From: Zygnema circumcarinatum SAG 698-1b
Lineage: Eukaryota; Plantae; Zygnematophyceae
Assembly: GCA_037447605.1 (NCBI GenBank)
Contig: CM074814.1
Span: 310,001 to 374,000, forward strand
Direction of reading: 5' to 3'
DNA length: 64,000 bases
Shown here: piece after piece, positions 23,895 through 35,954 of the stretch
Layout of the letters: every line of letters begins with the position of its first letter
How positions within the stretch are numbered: the stretch's first letter is position 1
Program-made: the position numbers and the translations under genes
The notes under the pieces: generated by a model
The model's input: the letters and a program-made list of their open reading frames with translations, nothing else
Told to the model about the DNA's origin: nothing
The model's database searches: none

Positions 23895-25951
23895 GGATGG
23901 AGGAGGGAAAGGACTATATGGAAAAGCTATTTCACCTGCAGAGAAAGAGGGAGGGGTAGAAGAAAAGGAGAGAGGAGAGGAGAGATTGAAATGACATACG
24001 ATCTTTAAATGCTCCGCTGCCGATCCCTCCGCCCTTTTCCTTCGTCCTAACAAGGGAGAGACACAAGTGCAACTCCCTCTCACCCTCTCTCTCCCGCCTC
24101 ACCCCGCTCCCCCTCTCCCCTTCAACACCCTCCCCTCTCCATCTCCACTCCCTCGTCCTCTCTCTCCCTCTCCCTCTCCAACTCCCCTCCCACTCCCTCT
24201 TCCTGCCCCTTCTCCCCCGCTCTCCCTTTCCCCCTTCTCTCCCACTTCCTCTTCCCAACGCTCTCCTCCTTTCTCCCTCTCCACCTCCTCTCCCTCTTCC
24301 GTTCCCTCGTCCTCTCCCCATCCCTCTCCTTCTTTCTCCCTCTCCCCATCTCTCTCCCCCTTCCCCTTGCCCTCTCCTGCCCCTCCCTCTCCCTCTCTCT
24401 CTCTCCCTATCTCTCCCTAACTGTCTGTCGTTCCATCTGCAGCCACGGAAGAGCAAAGACAAGATCCTTCCCGAGCCTCTGCCATGGCCAGCAGGTCTTT
24501 GGGGTTTGGAAAAAAGCTGAACCTGCACAGGTACGGAGCGAACGAGGGGCTTTAAGCTTCTAATTTCAATGGCTTTTTGGGTCTTCACAGCCGTTTTCAA
24601 AACGAAAGCAGAAGTGAAGCTGCATGGGAGGGGCTGTGCGTACACAGCTGGCAGCAGCTATGGCGGCAGAAACTCCTCTAGTTCTGAATGCAAAATTTAA
24701 GAAAAAAAAAAAAAAAAAAAAGGGGTTCATTATCAATCCTGTCTTTCAGTCTCCAACTTTGCCTCTTTAGCGCCTTTCATGCTCAAATTTCAAACTCAAA
24801 ATTTTTAACCATTGGACATTATTGGACATTCTAGAGCTTCTGGAGCAGTGTTATGTCACAGGCTCTATGTGTCCAGTCACAATTCCAGTTCAGTCACCAC
24901 TTGCACATGTTGACCAACATGGGAAACTACCTAAAGAAGTCGTACTTCACACGTGCGAACGGAGGGGCGAACACATTGAACATTGTTCCATGGGCCCATG
25001 AGTCCACTCAAAACAACATCAGCAACAACAACAAACTAGCCCCGCCTTCAACTCCTATACAACAACCAATAGCCATTGTCACAAGGGTTCAGAAGGCCCT
25101 ACAAGGGCATGGTGGTGCGCAAATCCACATACGTCCGTAAAGCGGTTGCAGTGTGCCCCCAACGCTCTGAAAATGGAACAACATTGACTGGGACGGTGGT
25201 TAACACGTGCGTCTACATCCAGTAGCCAATGGGAGCCGCACACGTGGCATTGAAAAGTAGGCTCCCATGACATGGAAATGACATGTAGTATTGAGTTCCT
25301 TCAGTTAAGCGTGGAAGGCGGCTTAGCACATGGAACAGTGTGATAACTGAACGGCGAACGGCATGGCGGCCGCTTCACATGATGTGGGTATGTGCGCATG
25401 CGTGTTCCATCGCCATGCCCATAAAAGCCCCCCATGGTCATACAATGTGGCACAACGTCAAAATGAAGCAAAGGCCTGGGAATGGCTATGAGGAAACTTT
25501 CAAAGCATGAAACCTTTTGAGTGGATGTTGAATACAATGCGCTTGCTAGACATGTTAGGTCCATCCAAATTTCGAGCCACGAATGAGAGGCGTGTTGTGC
25601 TCTTTCAAATGACAACACGTACATTCAAAGTTCACTTCCACAACACATAAGCAGCAAAATGCACAAAATTTGTAGTCCATGTATTTTTTCAAAGGAGGTG
25701 CAGTCTTCTAACATGCAGACTCATGGCCCCATAGAAGCTCTTCATCAAGTAGATGCAGCATTGTGAGAACTGCCATGCATGCATGGACTGCCTCAACGCG
25801 TGACCCATCTTCCTCGCCATTGCATGCTCACTTCTAAACTGCGTTCAAAGACCGTCGGTATATAGTGCGAGCCCTCTCCTTCTGCAGCCTCATATCCTAA
25901 AAACCCTAAAAACCTCAAACCTCTATGAGCCTCGCCCCCTTGAAAAAAGGC

Positions 25952-27787
25952 TTAAGGGAGAACCGGATACACCACCGCAGGAATGACTGATTTGCGGACT
26001 CTGAAACCGGGGGTCACGCAGAAGGCGACATTCTCAATGTCACCATTGTCGGGCGAGACCGCGCATGGCACGAGCTCCATCAGAGCAGGGTCAAAGGCAG
26101 CTCCCCTTGCAACCCTAAAGATGGCGGCGGGGGGGTCAAAACTCTGAGCCAACTTGTGCAGTGACCACAACGCTTTACAGAGCGACCAAAGCTTGGCATT
26201 GCTGCGTCCTATGTCGAAAGAATTATCTTCCCAAGATACATTAGCCTGAGTAGCCCGGCACTTCTGATACCTTAGAAAGAGGCGAAGAGCGCAGAATTTC
26301 TTATACAAGAAGGACGATAATATGGCATCTCTCTCTTCAATTGCCCATTGCTCTTCCTTCTTCAGCTCGTTGAAATGCTGAAATGTTTTTTGGCTTCGTT
26401 TCACCTCATCGAGGCATGCTGAAAACCCGTCCGGAGAAAAAACCTCATTCTCAAAGGCTTCAAAGATTATGGCAGCGACTTGCGATTCCAGCACGCACTT
26501 GGTATGCGCAGGGCGACTGAACTTCACTCCTATTTGAAGCAGCTGCAAATTCCGCCACATCATGTTCTGATCACCTCCGCACATGCTTGTAAGCTTTTCT
26601 CGAATATCGGCACAAAAATATCGCAGAGCTTCCCTAACTTTCTCATTCGCTGCCTGAAGATCGTGCGGTTGCGCGAGAGAGCTATCATAGGACCCGCTGA
26701 TGGTGTCTTTGGACGAGACATATTGTTCGAGCATAGAGAGCTTTGAGAGGGTTTGATCCCTCTCCCGCTTTACTCTCTCTCCTTCCGCAAGCGATGCTGC
26801 ACTTTCCGCCTGAGTAGTTGTGAGCAGATTCTGAAGGTTCCGAACCTTCTCTTCAAAATTCCTGACCTCTCCTTTCGCCTTCAAAGTTATTCTCTCGTTT
26901 TGAAGCGCATAGTAGCGTGCTACAGCTTCCTTTTCTTTTTTGTACGCCGTTATCGCTGAAGCGTGAGATTCCTCTTGCTCTTTGATAACCGTTTGGGCAG
27001 CAATCAACTCTTTCTGGAGTTCAGCCACAGCTCTATTCCTGTCCTTCAGCTGTTCTTCCATACACAACAGATTTATCGTTTTCACTTCACTGTCTACGAT
27101 AATCTCGTTTCGAATCATCTCCATGTTCTTTGACACCTGCTTAAGCTCATCTGCGCCCAATTCGACTATTCGGCCCATTTCCTGGCTCTCCTGTCGCCAT
27201 CCATTTCTGTCCATTGTCAACTGTGAGGTTTCCTTTAAGAACACCTCCTCATTTGTAAGCAGAGCCTCCTCCAAATCCTTAACCCTCCTCTCTACCTCCG
27301 AACGGCTCAACTTTAATCGTTCATTCTCTAATTGCACTTGACGACATGCTGCAACTGCTTCCTGTTCTTCATCATCCCTCCATCGCTTTCCGGTTTCCAG
27401 ATTTCGAACGATTACAAAATCTGCCAAAGTATCACCACTCCCTCCTGCACCTTGTTTTGGTTTATCCAGATTCGCATACCCCTGCGACATCCCAACGTTC
27501 CCTCGCCCTCCAAAGAACTTCCCTAAGATGGCGTTCATACTGCTTATAGTTTCTTCTGCTGCATGCTTTTGTTTGTAAGCATGATCAAGAGTCTCCATTA
27601 ACATTGCACGAACTGCAACATGAACAGAAGAAGCATTATCCAAGCACGCGCCATCCGCAAAGTCAGAGAAAACGCACTGCAATCCTACGCTTTGTGAAGA
27701 GCTCCAGTCTCTTCTGAAAGGAAAAATCTGCACAGAAACATTTTGGAATCCGTGCTCCGAGCTTCCCCCGCTGCTCGACCGTGCCAT
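25952..27787 (-). CDS. Coiled-coil protein with GIL1/IRKI-type (GrpE-like) C-terminal domain, copy 1, 611 aa, intronless
   Basis: Long heptad region, then SYDSSLAQP.DL, FEAFENE, LWSLHKLAQSFDPPAAIFRVARGAAFDPALME...VAFCVTPGFRVRKSVIPAVVYP. Confidence 0.8.
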   Translation of the reverse strand: MARSSSGGSSEHGFQNVSVQIFPFRRDWSSSQSVGLQCVFSDFADGACLDNASSVHVAVRAMLMETLDHAYKQKHAAEETISSMNAILGKFFGGRGNVGMSQGYANLDKPKQGAGGSGDTLADFVIVRNLETGKRWRDDEEQEAVAACRQVQLENERLKLSRSEVERRVKDLEEALLTNEEVFLKETSQLTMDRNGWRQESQEMGRIVELGADELKQVSKNMEMIRNEIIVDSEVKTINLLCMEEQLKDRNRAVAELQKELIAAQTVIKEQEESHASAITAYKKEKEAVARYYALQNERITLKAKGEVRNFEEKVRNLQNLLTTTQAESAASLAEGERVKRERDQTLSKLSMLEQYVSSKDTISGSYDSSLAQPHDLQAANEKVREALRYFCADIREKLTSMCGGDQNMMWRNLQLLQIGVKFSRPAHTKCVLESQVAAIIFEAFENEVFSPDGFSACLDEVKRSQKTFQHFNELKKEEQWAIEERDAILSSFLYKKFCALRLFLRYQKCRATQANVSWEDNSFDIGRSNAKLWSLCKALWSLHKLAQSFDPPAAIFRVARGAAFDPALMELVPCAVSPDNGDIENVAFCVTPGFRVRKSVIPAVVYPVLP

Positions 27788-28640
27788 GAAAGCAGCTGTC
27801 CTCCCAAAATGCTCAAAAGGTTATCAAAAAAAAGAAACTATAGCTGCACTGATGATAAAACTGCCAAAAAGGATCGTCGAAAATGCCTAATGCGAAACTA
27901 CGCCTTGCTATAAGGCAATATGAGAGGAACTGGAATTCGTTCCGAGCAGCAGCAGGTCGTAAACTTCCAGAATGCAGTCATGCAGGCCGGCGGAGCCTGC
28001 AGGGCCATGCAGTCGGCCCCCGCCCCTCGCATGTTCTTGGAAGCAGAACGGAAGAGGGCTGAAGAGGTCGGCCTTCGGTTGTTCGCACAACAACAAGCTG
28101 CTCATGACTTCATGGAACATTGTTCGTTTTGAGGTATGGAAGGCCCTAAAGGACGAGTAGAGCGGGCGCTGGCGATGACATTGTTTGGTGAACTTGACGG
28201 ACATTGGCACTCTGTGATGGCTCCCATAACATTGTCAAGTTATCAACTACGTTATCTCCGTAGCGCACCACGCTAGTGCCAACTGTCGTTCAGTGTCACT
28301 GCCGCTCCATGCGCCCTCCAACTGCTGCGCTCCATGTTGGAAATTAACTGCGGTTCTATCGAGATTGGCCGTTCCACTCACACGTGCGAATCGCCCGGCG
28401 GCCAATCAGCGCGCGTCCATGCAGTGCGTTGCAGGCCGAGGGAAGGAAGCCCTCGGACCGCCATGGCTGCACCTTCCAGCACTTCCCTCTGGAGGACCTC
28501 TTCTCTTTTTAAAAAGCTAGCCGGATGTTTTGATTGCAGAAACGAGGCAATATTCTGGTGAGACGGTGGCGTGAAATCATTGCAAGAACAGTTTATTTCT
28601 TCTTTAGTCCATTCGGATCATCAAGGTGAGCAGCTATTCC

Positions 28641-29617
28641 CATGGCAGGGACGGGCAGCAAGCAAAGCGTCGGTGGTAGAGTGCAGAATAACTCGGAAGA
28701 AGGTCATTCAAATAAAGGCGCGTTAACGACGTGTTCACAAGATGTGGGAGGGCTAAAAAATCTCTGTCTCGTCATTTGATACTCAAAACCAAACGCAGTT
28801 TCAGGATCAGAGTCTGAAGGAGACTCTGATGAAATCTATGGAAGAATTTCGTTCAATTCGAGGCAATTGGGAGAAAAGGTTCCGGCTAGTTGAGACGGGT
28901 ATGCAAGAGATCAAGGGGCTGCTGTTGAAATCTGAAAGGATGGGGGGCCTTGAAAAGTCGTCACCGTTGGCAACTCAGTTATCGGGCCTTTCTATTCTCC
29001 TCGTTGCCATAACTTTACTGTACCTTGTATTCTGGATGCGCAATCCTGTTGTCTTCAATGTGACTCTTGAAGGCATCATCGACGAAATCAAGCGTTCACT
29101 GCCTTCTCCTCCGATTTGCCCCACTGCCAATGACCTTCTGCATGAACTGGATGTTTCATACATTCGTTCCCATTGTCCTTCTGTTGAAGAGGTGGTTGCT
29201 GAAGTGAAGCGCTCCCTTCCGCCTCCTCCCATCGTGGGGCCTCTGGGAACATACCTCGCCGTCAGCACAGGTGATTTTTTGGCAACCTCCTCTTGCTTTC
29301 TTTCTTTTGTTTTGAAGATCGCTTGTTTTATCTCACAACTAGTTGATGGTTGTTGAACAGGAAAAGTGAAACAGACCACATCGTACTTCGCTGACAAGGC
29401 TCGCGACTCCACCGGTTACGGACAGTATAAGGTGGGCTAAGATTAATCTTGAGGTTGACATGCAGTGACAGTTTCTTTCCTATTTTCTTTTTGATGTTCG
29501 TGGAGCTGCTTTCTGCTGCCCCTAACAGAGCATCCTTTTCATGGCCAGGCTGGAGAGACCTATGGTCGCCTGTATGACAGAGTTAGCGGTGCTGGATATG
29601 GTCGCCTGCCTGACTAA
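28641..29617 (+). CDS. Chimeric gene or pseudogene: the N-terminus of the GrpE-like family (frameshift and internal deletion upstream of 28829) joined to a transmembrane segment and Pro-rich repeats; putative exons 28829-29270, 29361-29431, 29531-29617
   Basis: 28310-28960 aligns with the promoter and 5' CDS of 31141-32808 and 44325-46112. It then switches to LSILLVAITLLYLVFWM and two KRSLP(S/P)PPI repeats. The GT-AG exons are plausible but unverified. Confidence 0.5.
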
Positions 29618-31140
29618 ATGTGCGGTGCTGCATAAAGTAATCGCCGAGCAGCAACTTCAGCAGTGGGAGCACGGAGTACATAAGAGGGATTAACATATCT
29701 GGAAGGGTGGTTGGGAGGAGGGGGCTGAACTTCTGTACGTAGAGACTGACAGAGGTAATGTGCAGTAGCGAGAGGAGGTGAACCGTTGCTTCCGCACTTT
29801 GGAAGTGTCCACATGTTTTTTTTTGGAATGACATGAATGGAAAAATCTGTATTATAGCTGTAACCCTACGCAACACTGGAAATGTGGACGGATGAAGTGT
29901 TTCTTGATGTCTCCAGTTGAAATTTTTTCTCTATTGCCTCTTGCATAAAGGGATGAAGATAAAGAAGGTGAAAGAACAGGAAAATGGCAATACGAACGAC
30001 GCTTGGCAACCTGCCTCGCTCAAATACCCACCAAATTTCATTCCAGTTCCAAAGCAAGACAGTGATTTCTCGGTGATTTTTTCACAGAGAAATCGTAACC
30101 GTCGCCGGGCGAGTCTTGGCACAAAGAGCCAGCGAGCTCTCTTTGGCCTCCTTGCAAGTCTCTCCCTCCTACAAGGGCACTAAACGGGAGGAAGGACGAA
30201 GCAGTGAAGTTTCGGTTTTTGGCTGGACAAAGAGGCATTCGTACATGTCCTACATCTGCGTGGTTTGGGAATATTGTCATGGGTCAATGGTGGAATGTTT
30301 CCTTGGCACAATCTCGGATTTTCAGTTTCGTTTCGTCATGGTCTTTAGGCATTGAAGCCATAACGAGCCTTACTCTGAACTGGTCCTCGATGGAAAATGC
30401 TTTCTACTTATTTGCCCTCTAAAGATGTAGGGCTTGTGACGAGGGTGACGTTTCCACGTGCTTGCTTTTGCTGGATTCCTCAAAAAACCCGCTAGACCCT
30501 CCTCTCTTTCCCTCCCGGTCATTTCTTCCTTCCTTTTAGAGACAATCCACCAAAGATTAAGCAGCTTTCTGTGCTGAATTTCGCCCAAACAACCTCCAGT
30601 GCAGCCCCCCCCTCTCCGGCCGCCTGCTAACGGTGTCCAACGCGCTCCACGTGGCGTCCAGCGTGTCATCAAAGGCTAAATTGAAACGAATCACGACGTG
30701 CCAAGTGGCTCAAGAACTTGACATCGCAAAACCCAACAGCTTGTTCAGTGAGCACATTTGCAATACCCTCATTAAGTCTTTACATAACATGTCAACATTT
30801 CGCAAACACATAGCATCGTCTCAACAAGAAGGTCCAGCAGGTCCAGCAGACTTTCCATCGTGAACAAAATCTATGTCTGAAAAGCACAAGTAGCTCCGGA
30901 ATCTATTTCCCGAAATCCTTTTGCCCTCAATCTGTCCACCTCATAGCCTGACTGCTTGCTGTCCATATCCTGCTCCTACCTTTCTTCCTCTCCGCCGTGG
31001 AACAAACAAAGAGAAGGAACGCTGCAACTAAAGTCTCGTTCGCTACGAACATGTTTTACCACTCTTTAGACAATAAGGCTCAAAGTAAGGATGCCCTCTA
31101 AAGAACGATTTTCAGAGCATCAAGTAAAGGACTGCAGGGT

Positions 31141-32808
31141 TCAAGTGGCCTCACCATTCGGTTGAGCGAGTGCAGGATACACATGGGAAGGAATGACTGA
31201 TTTTCGAACACGAAAGCCTGGCGATACAGAGAACGCTACTTGCTGCACTCCTCCAATTTCAGACGAGTCGATAGACGACACCAATTTCATAAAAGCAGGG
31301 TCAAATGGAGCTCCCCTTGGAACTCTGAAGATGGAGGCAGGAGGGTCAAAGCTCTGTCCCAGCTTGTGCATTGACCACACCGCTTTGCACAGGGCCATAA
31401 GCTTGGAATTGCTTCTGCTTACATTGAAATAATCTTCAACCCATGCTGGATCATGCCGATTGGCTCCCAGATCTCTCAGAAAGCAGAAAAGGGCCCACAA
31501 TTTGTCATTCACGAAGCTGTTGAAGCGCTCCTCTTTCTCTTCAATCGTCCATCGCTCTTTTTCCTTCAGCTCCTTAAAATGGTGAAAAGCTTCACTGCTT
31601 CGCTTCGTTGGGTCAAGCCAAACAGAAACTCCTGAGGGAGAAAAGCATTCGTTCTCAAAATTGGCAAACATCATGGATGAAATTTGTGCCTCCAACGCGC
31701 ATTTTGCATGTGCGGGCCTGCAAAATTGAACTCCCCACTGAAGCCTTGAAAGAACATGCCACAATTCTTTCTGATTTGCCACCAGCCGAGTGAATTTTAC
31801 TCGAAGTTCAGCACAGTAGCATGTAAGAGCTCTCGAAACTTCATTATTTGCTTCCTGAAGATCATGAGGCTGTGCGAGAGAGCTATCATACGAACCACTC
31901 ATGGTATCCTTTGAGGAGATGTCACGTTCAAGCATGGATAGTTTTGAGAGGGCTTGGTCCTTCTCGGCTTTGAATCTCCCTACGTCCTCACGGGAGGTTT
32001 TCAACTCCAATCGGATATTCCCGAGTTCCACCTCAAGATGACCGACAGTTTTTTGGTACTTCCTCACCATTTCTTTCTCCTTTGAGAGATCTTTTTTGTA
32101 CTGACCTTCTATGGCTTCTCGTTCTTTCTTATACTTTTCCATGGATAATCGATCTCGCTCTTCTTGCTCCTTGGGGATATTTTGCAATTGAATCATTATC
32201 ACACCTATTTTTTCATTCAAGTCCGTCAGCTGCTTCTTCATACATGCGCGATCAGAGTTTTCAGTCTTTTTCTCGAATCTCACTGCCTGCTCCATCCTTT
32301 CAAATTTCGACAGCAGCCCCTTGATCTCTTGCATACCCGTCTCAAATAGCTGGCCCATTCCGTCCCACTTGTCTCGACTTGAACGAAGTTCTTCAATAGC
32401 TGTCATCAGAGTCTCCAGACTCTGAACCTGAAACTGCGTTTGCGAATCTGGACGACTCCTTTCCAACAGCTCGTTCTGAGATGGAAATCCATGATGAGCT
32501 TCCTGTTCTTCCTTTCCCTTGCCCTTTTTCCCGCCTCTTGTAGCATTGATTCCTGTTAACCATGGGATGAATCTCATGACGCCGCCTCCCCCATCTCGAT
32601 CAGATTGATTTGGATTGACACCATCCAAACTCGGCCGGTCCAAACTGATTTGAACATGGCTTTGAGCATCAGATGACGAGACAGGGGTTTTTTTTCGCAC
32701 TCCCACATCTTGTGAACACGTCGATAACGCGCCTTTATTTGAAAGACCTTCTTCCGAGTTATTCTGCACTCTGCCCGCCACGCTTGGCTTGCTGCTTGTT
32801 TCCCCCAT
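31141..32808 (-). CDS. Coiled-coil + GIL1/IRKI-type (GrpE-like) C-terminal protein, copy 2, 555 aa
   Basis: Intact ORF ending IFRVPRGAPFDPAFM...VAFSVSPGFRVRKSVIPSHVYP. Confidence 0.82.
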   Translation of the reverse strand: MGETSSKPSVAGRVQNNSEEGLSNKGALSTCSQDVGVRKKTPVSSSDAQSHVQISLDRPSLDGVNPNQSDRDGGGGVMRFIPWLTGINATRGGKKGKGKEEQEAHHGFPSQNELLERSRPDSQTQFQVQSLETLMTAIEELRSSRDKWDGMGQLFETGMQEIKGLLSKFERMEQAVRFEKKTENSDRACMKKQLTDLNEKIGVIMIQLQNIPKEQEERDRLSMEKYKKEREAIEGQYKKDLSKEKEMVRKYQKTVGHLEVELGNIRLELKTSREDVGRFKAEKDQALSKLSMLERDISSKDTMSGSYDSSLAQPHDLQEANNEVSRALTCYCAELRVKFTRLVANQKELWHVLSRLQWGVQFCRPAHAKCALEAQISSMMFANFENECFSPSGVSVWLDPTKRSSEAFHHFKELKEKERWTIEEKEERFNSFVNDKLWALFCFLRDLGANRHDPAWVEDYFNVSRSNSKLMALCKAVWSMHKLGQSFDPPASIFRVPRGAPFDPAFMKLVSSIDSSEIGGVQQVAFSVSPGFRVRKSVIPSHVYPALAQPNGEAT

Positions 32809-34485
32809 GGGAATAGCTGCTCTCCTTGATGATCCGAAGGGACTAAAGAAAGAAATAAACTGTTCTTACAATGATTTCACGACAGCGTCTCACCAGGATA
32901 TTTCCTCGTTTCTGAAATCAAAAAATCCTGCTAGCTTCTTAAAAAGAGGTGGTCCTCTAGAGCGACGTGCTGGAAGGTGCAGCCATGGCGGTCCGAAGGC
33001 TTCCTTCCCTCGGCCTGGAACGCTCTGCATGGACCGCCGCCGCGTGGAGACGCCTTCGAGGCGGGGCCGCGCGCTGATTGGCCGCCGCTCCCTTCGCAGG
33101 TTTGTGAGTGGATCTCCAGAGAACCGCAGTTAATTTCCAACATGGAGCGCAGCAGTTGGTGGGAGCACGGAGCGGCCGTGAAATGGACCGGCGCTACGGA
33201 CTAGCGTGGTGCTCTACGGAGTGCGCGACAGACATGGAGTGGACTGACGCGTGGTTTGAAGCATGCGCGGCCCAAAGGAACAGCTGTTGTTGTTGTTGTT
33301 GTTGTTGTTGTTCCTAAACGAAGCACATGGTGGGATCAATGCCACTTCCATTCCCATGGCTGTTGTGTTGTGCGTGGTGGAGAGACTCGCCATAATGAGA
33401 AAGGTGAAGAGAAACTGCTTTAGGGATTTACTATTTACACACCTTTTTTGTCTACATACACATCGTTCATATAAAAAACAATCCCTCAATAACATAAAAA
33501 CCCTAAAATAATCTCTGACCGGCAACAAAATGCGTGCCACATCACACCGCAGGACGGCGCAGACCGCGGCATGAGGCCCTGCACCTCTCTCGGCGGCCGA
33601 CGAGAGAGGAGGGGGGGGGACTAATACATGTCATTTCCATGTCATGGGAGCCTCCTTTTCAATGCCACGTGTGTGGCTCCCATAGGCTGCTGGAAGTAGA
33701 CGCACGTGATAACCGCCGTCTCAGTCAATGGCTTTCTATTTTCAGGGCGTTGGGGGCACACTGCAACCGCTTTTCGGACGTATGTGGGTTTGCGCACCAC
33801 CATGCCCTTGTAGGGCCTTCTGAACCCTCCTGATGAGGACTTTACAAACAGACGAACATGAAACAAACAAAAAAAAAAAAAAAAAAAAACCAAAAACGTG
33901 TTCAAGAGGTTTAAGGGTTTGGGAGAAACCTTGTGACAATGGCTATTGGTTTTTGTATAGGAGTTGAAGGAGGGGCTAGCTTTGTTGTTGTTGTTGATGT
34001 TGTTTTGTGTGGACTCATGAGTCCATGAAACAAGGTTCAATGTGTTCGCCCCTCCGTTCGTACGTGTGAAGTACTCTCGTTTTGTAGTTGCCCATGTTGG
34101 GCAACATGTGCAAGTGGTGACTGAACTGAAACTGTGACTGGACACATAGAGTCTGTGACATGACACTGCTCCAGAAGCTCCGGTCCGGTATTTTTGTTTT
34201 TCTTAAATTTTGCATTCAGAACTAGAGGAGTTTCTGCCGCCGGCTGTTGCGAGCTGTGTACGCACAGCCCCTCTCATGCATCTTCACTTCTGCTTTCGTT
34301 TTGCAAACGGCGGTGACGACCCAAAAGGCCATTGAAATTAGAAGCTTAAAGCTCCTCTTTCGCTCCGTACCTGTGCAGGTTCAGCTTTTTTCCAAACCCC
34401 AAAGACCTGCTGGCCATGGCAGTGGCTCGGGAAGGATCTTGTCTTTGCTCTTCCGTGGCTGCAGATGGAACGACAGACAGTTAGG

Positions 34486-34593
<108 letters not shown>

Positions 34594-34598
34594 GAGGA

Positions 34599-35451
34599 TG
34601 ATGTTATTACTTAAGCTACGGTCATTCTCACTAACCTCTATTCCTGCCATGCTTTGCTGATTGCTTCAACACAATTCTTACATGCACACACAAAGAAATA
34701 TTACTGAAAACAAATCAAGCAAGAAACACCGAAATTGAGAATTCAAGGAGAAAGCTCCGCCAGCTCCAAAACTCCTTAATAAAGTCACACGGAAGTAACA
34801 AGCAGTGTTTGAGCCCTCAGGCTACTAATACGTGCTCTGACTTACTTCCGACACCCCCTTGCTGCCCATACAGCTAGGCACCTGCGCTTAGCACCACAAG
34901 CTATGCTGCAGATGTATCAAGATTCCTACAACTAAGTAAATCCTACTTTAAATACTACGCCTAGCACAACTCCACGTTCTACAGCGTGCCGCTGCGCGCC
35001 ACCGCGCTGCACCGCACTCCACCGCGCCGCGTTCCTCCATGATGCCAGCGACGCTCCACGCTCCACGCTCCACGCTCGCCCCATCCGGCGCTGGAACGCA
35101 CTTAGGGCACGCCATGGCCAGGGGAGAAGTGTCCGTACAGCTTACCCCTTCCCTTGATGCGTCAACCTTCTAGAAGCTTCCGTATCCACGCGCTCGCCTC
35201 TCCAGCGCCACGTCCGAATGTCCTCGTGTCGCATGTCGACTGTACGGTCTTCCGCCAAAGCAATAAGCAACATGTGACAGCGCAGCCTATCGCTGCGTGC
35301 CACGTGTCCAGCCTAGACTCCTCCAGTTCAGACTATCCGAACAGGACCTAGGGCCCTGTTCCCATTAAAACTAGATCTCCTAAGGACGACCGACACTACT
35401 GAGGATCGTACGGTGTACTTTCTTAGGCGTATATCCCTATTGTACACTACA
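34599..35451 (-). mobile_element. Solo LTR, 853 bp, with 5-bp target-site duplication GAGGA
   Basis: TG...CA termini (TGTAG...ACATCA on the minus strand). GAGGA at 34594-34598 and 35452-35456. Absent from the paralogous site near 24390. Confidence 0.8.
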
Positions 35452-35954
35452 GAGGAGAGGGCAAGGAAGAGGGGGAGAGAGCTGGGGAGAGGGAGAAAAG
35501 AGGAGACGGATGGGGAGAGGAAGAGGGAACGGAAGAGGGAGAGAAGGTGGAGAGGGAGAAAGGAGGAGAGCGTTGGGGAGAGGAAGTTGGAGAGGAAAAG
35601 GGAGAGAGGGGGAGAGGGAGAGTGGGGGAGAAGGGGCAGGAAGAGGGAGTGGGAGGGGAGTTGGAGATGGAGAGGGAGAGGGAGAGAGAGGAAGAGGGAG
35701 TGGAGTGGGAGAGGGGAGGGTGTGGAAGGGGAGAGGTGGAGCGGGGAGAGGCGAGAGAGTTAGGGTGAGAGGGAGTTGTACTTGTGTCTCTCCCTTGTTA
35801 GGACGAAGGAAAAGTGAGGATGGATCGGCAGCTGAGCATTTAAAGGTCGTATGTCATTTCAATCTCTCCTCTCCTCTCTCCTTTTCTTCTACCCCCCCCA
35901 TTTTTTGTGCAGGTGAAATAGCTTTTTCCATATAGTCCTTTCCCTTTTCCATCC

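Noticed and set aside
27920-28132. 70-aa ORF MRGTGIRSEQQQ... in a divergent promoter
   Set aside because: No recognisable homology or splice context, so it cannot be supported as a gene.
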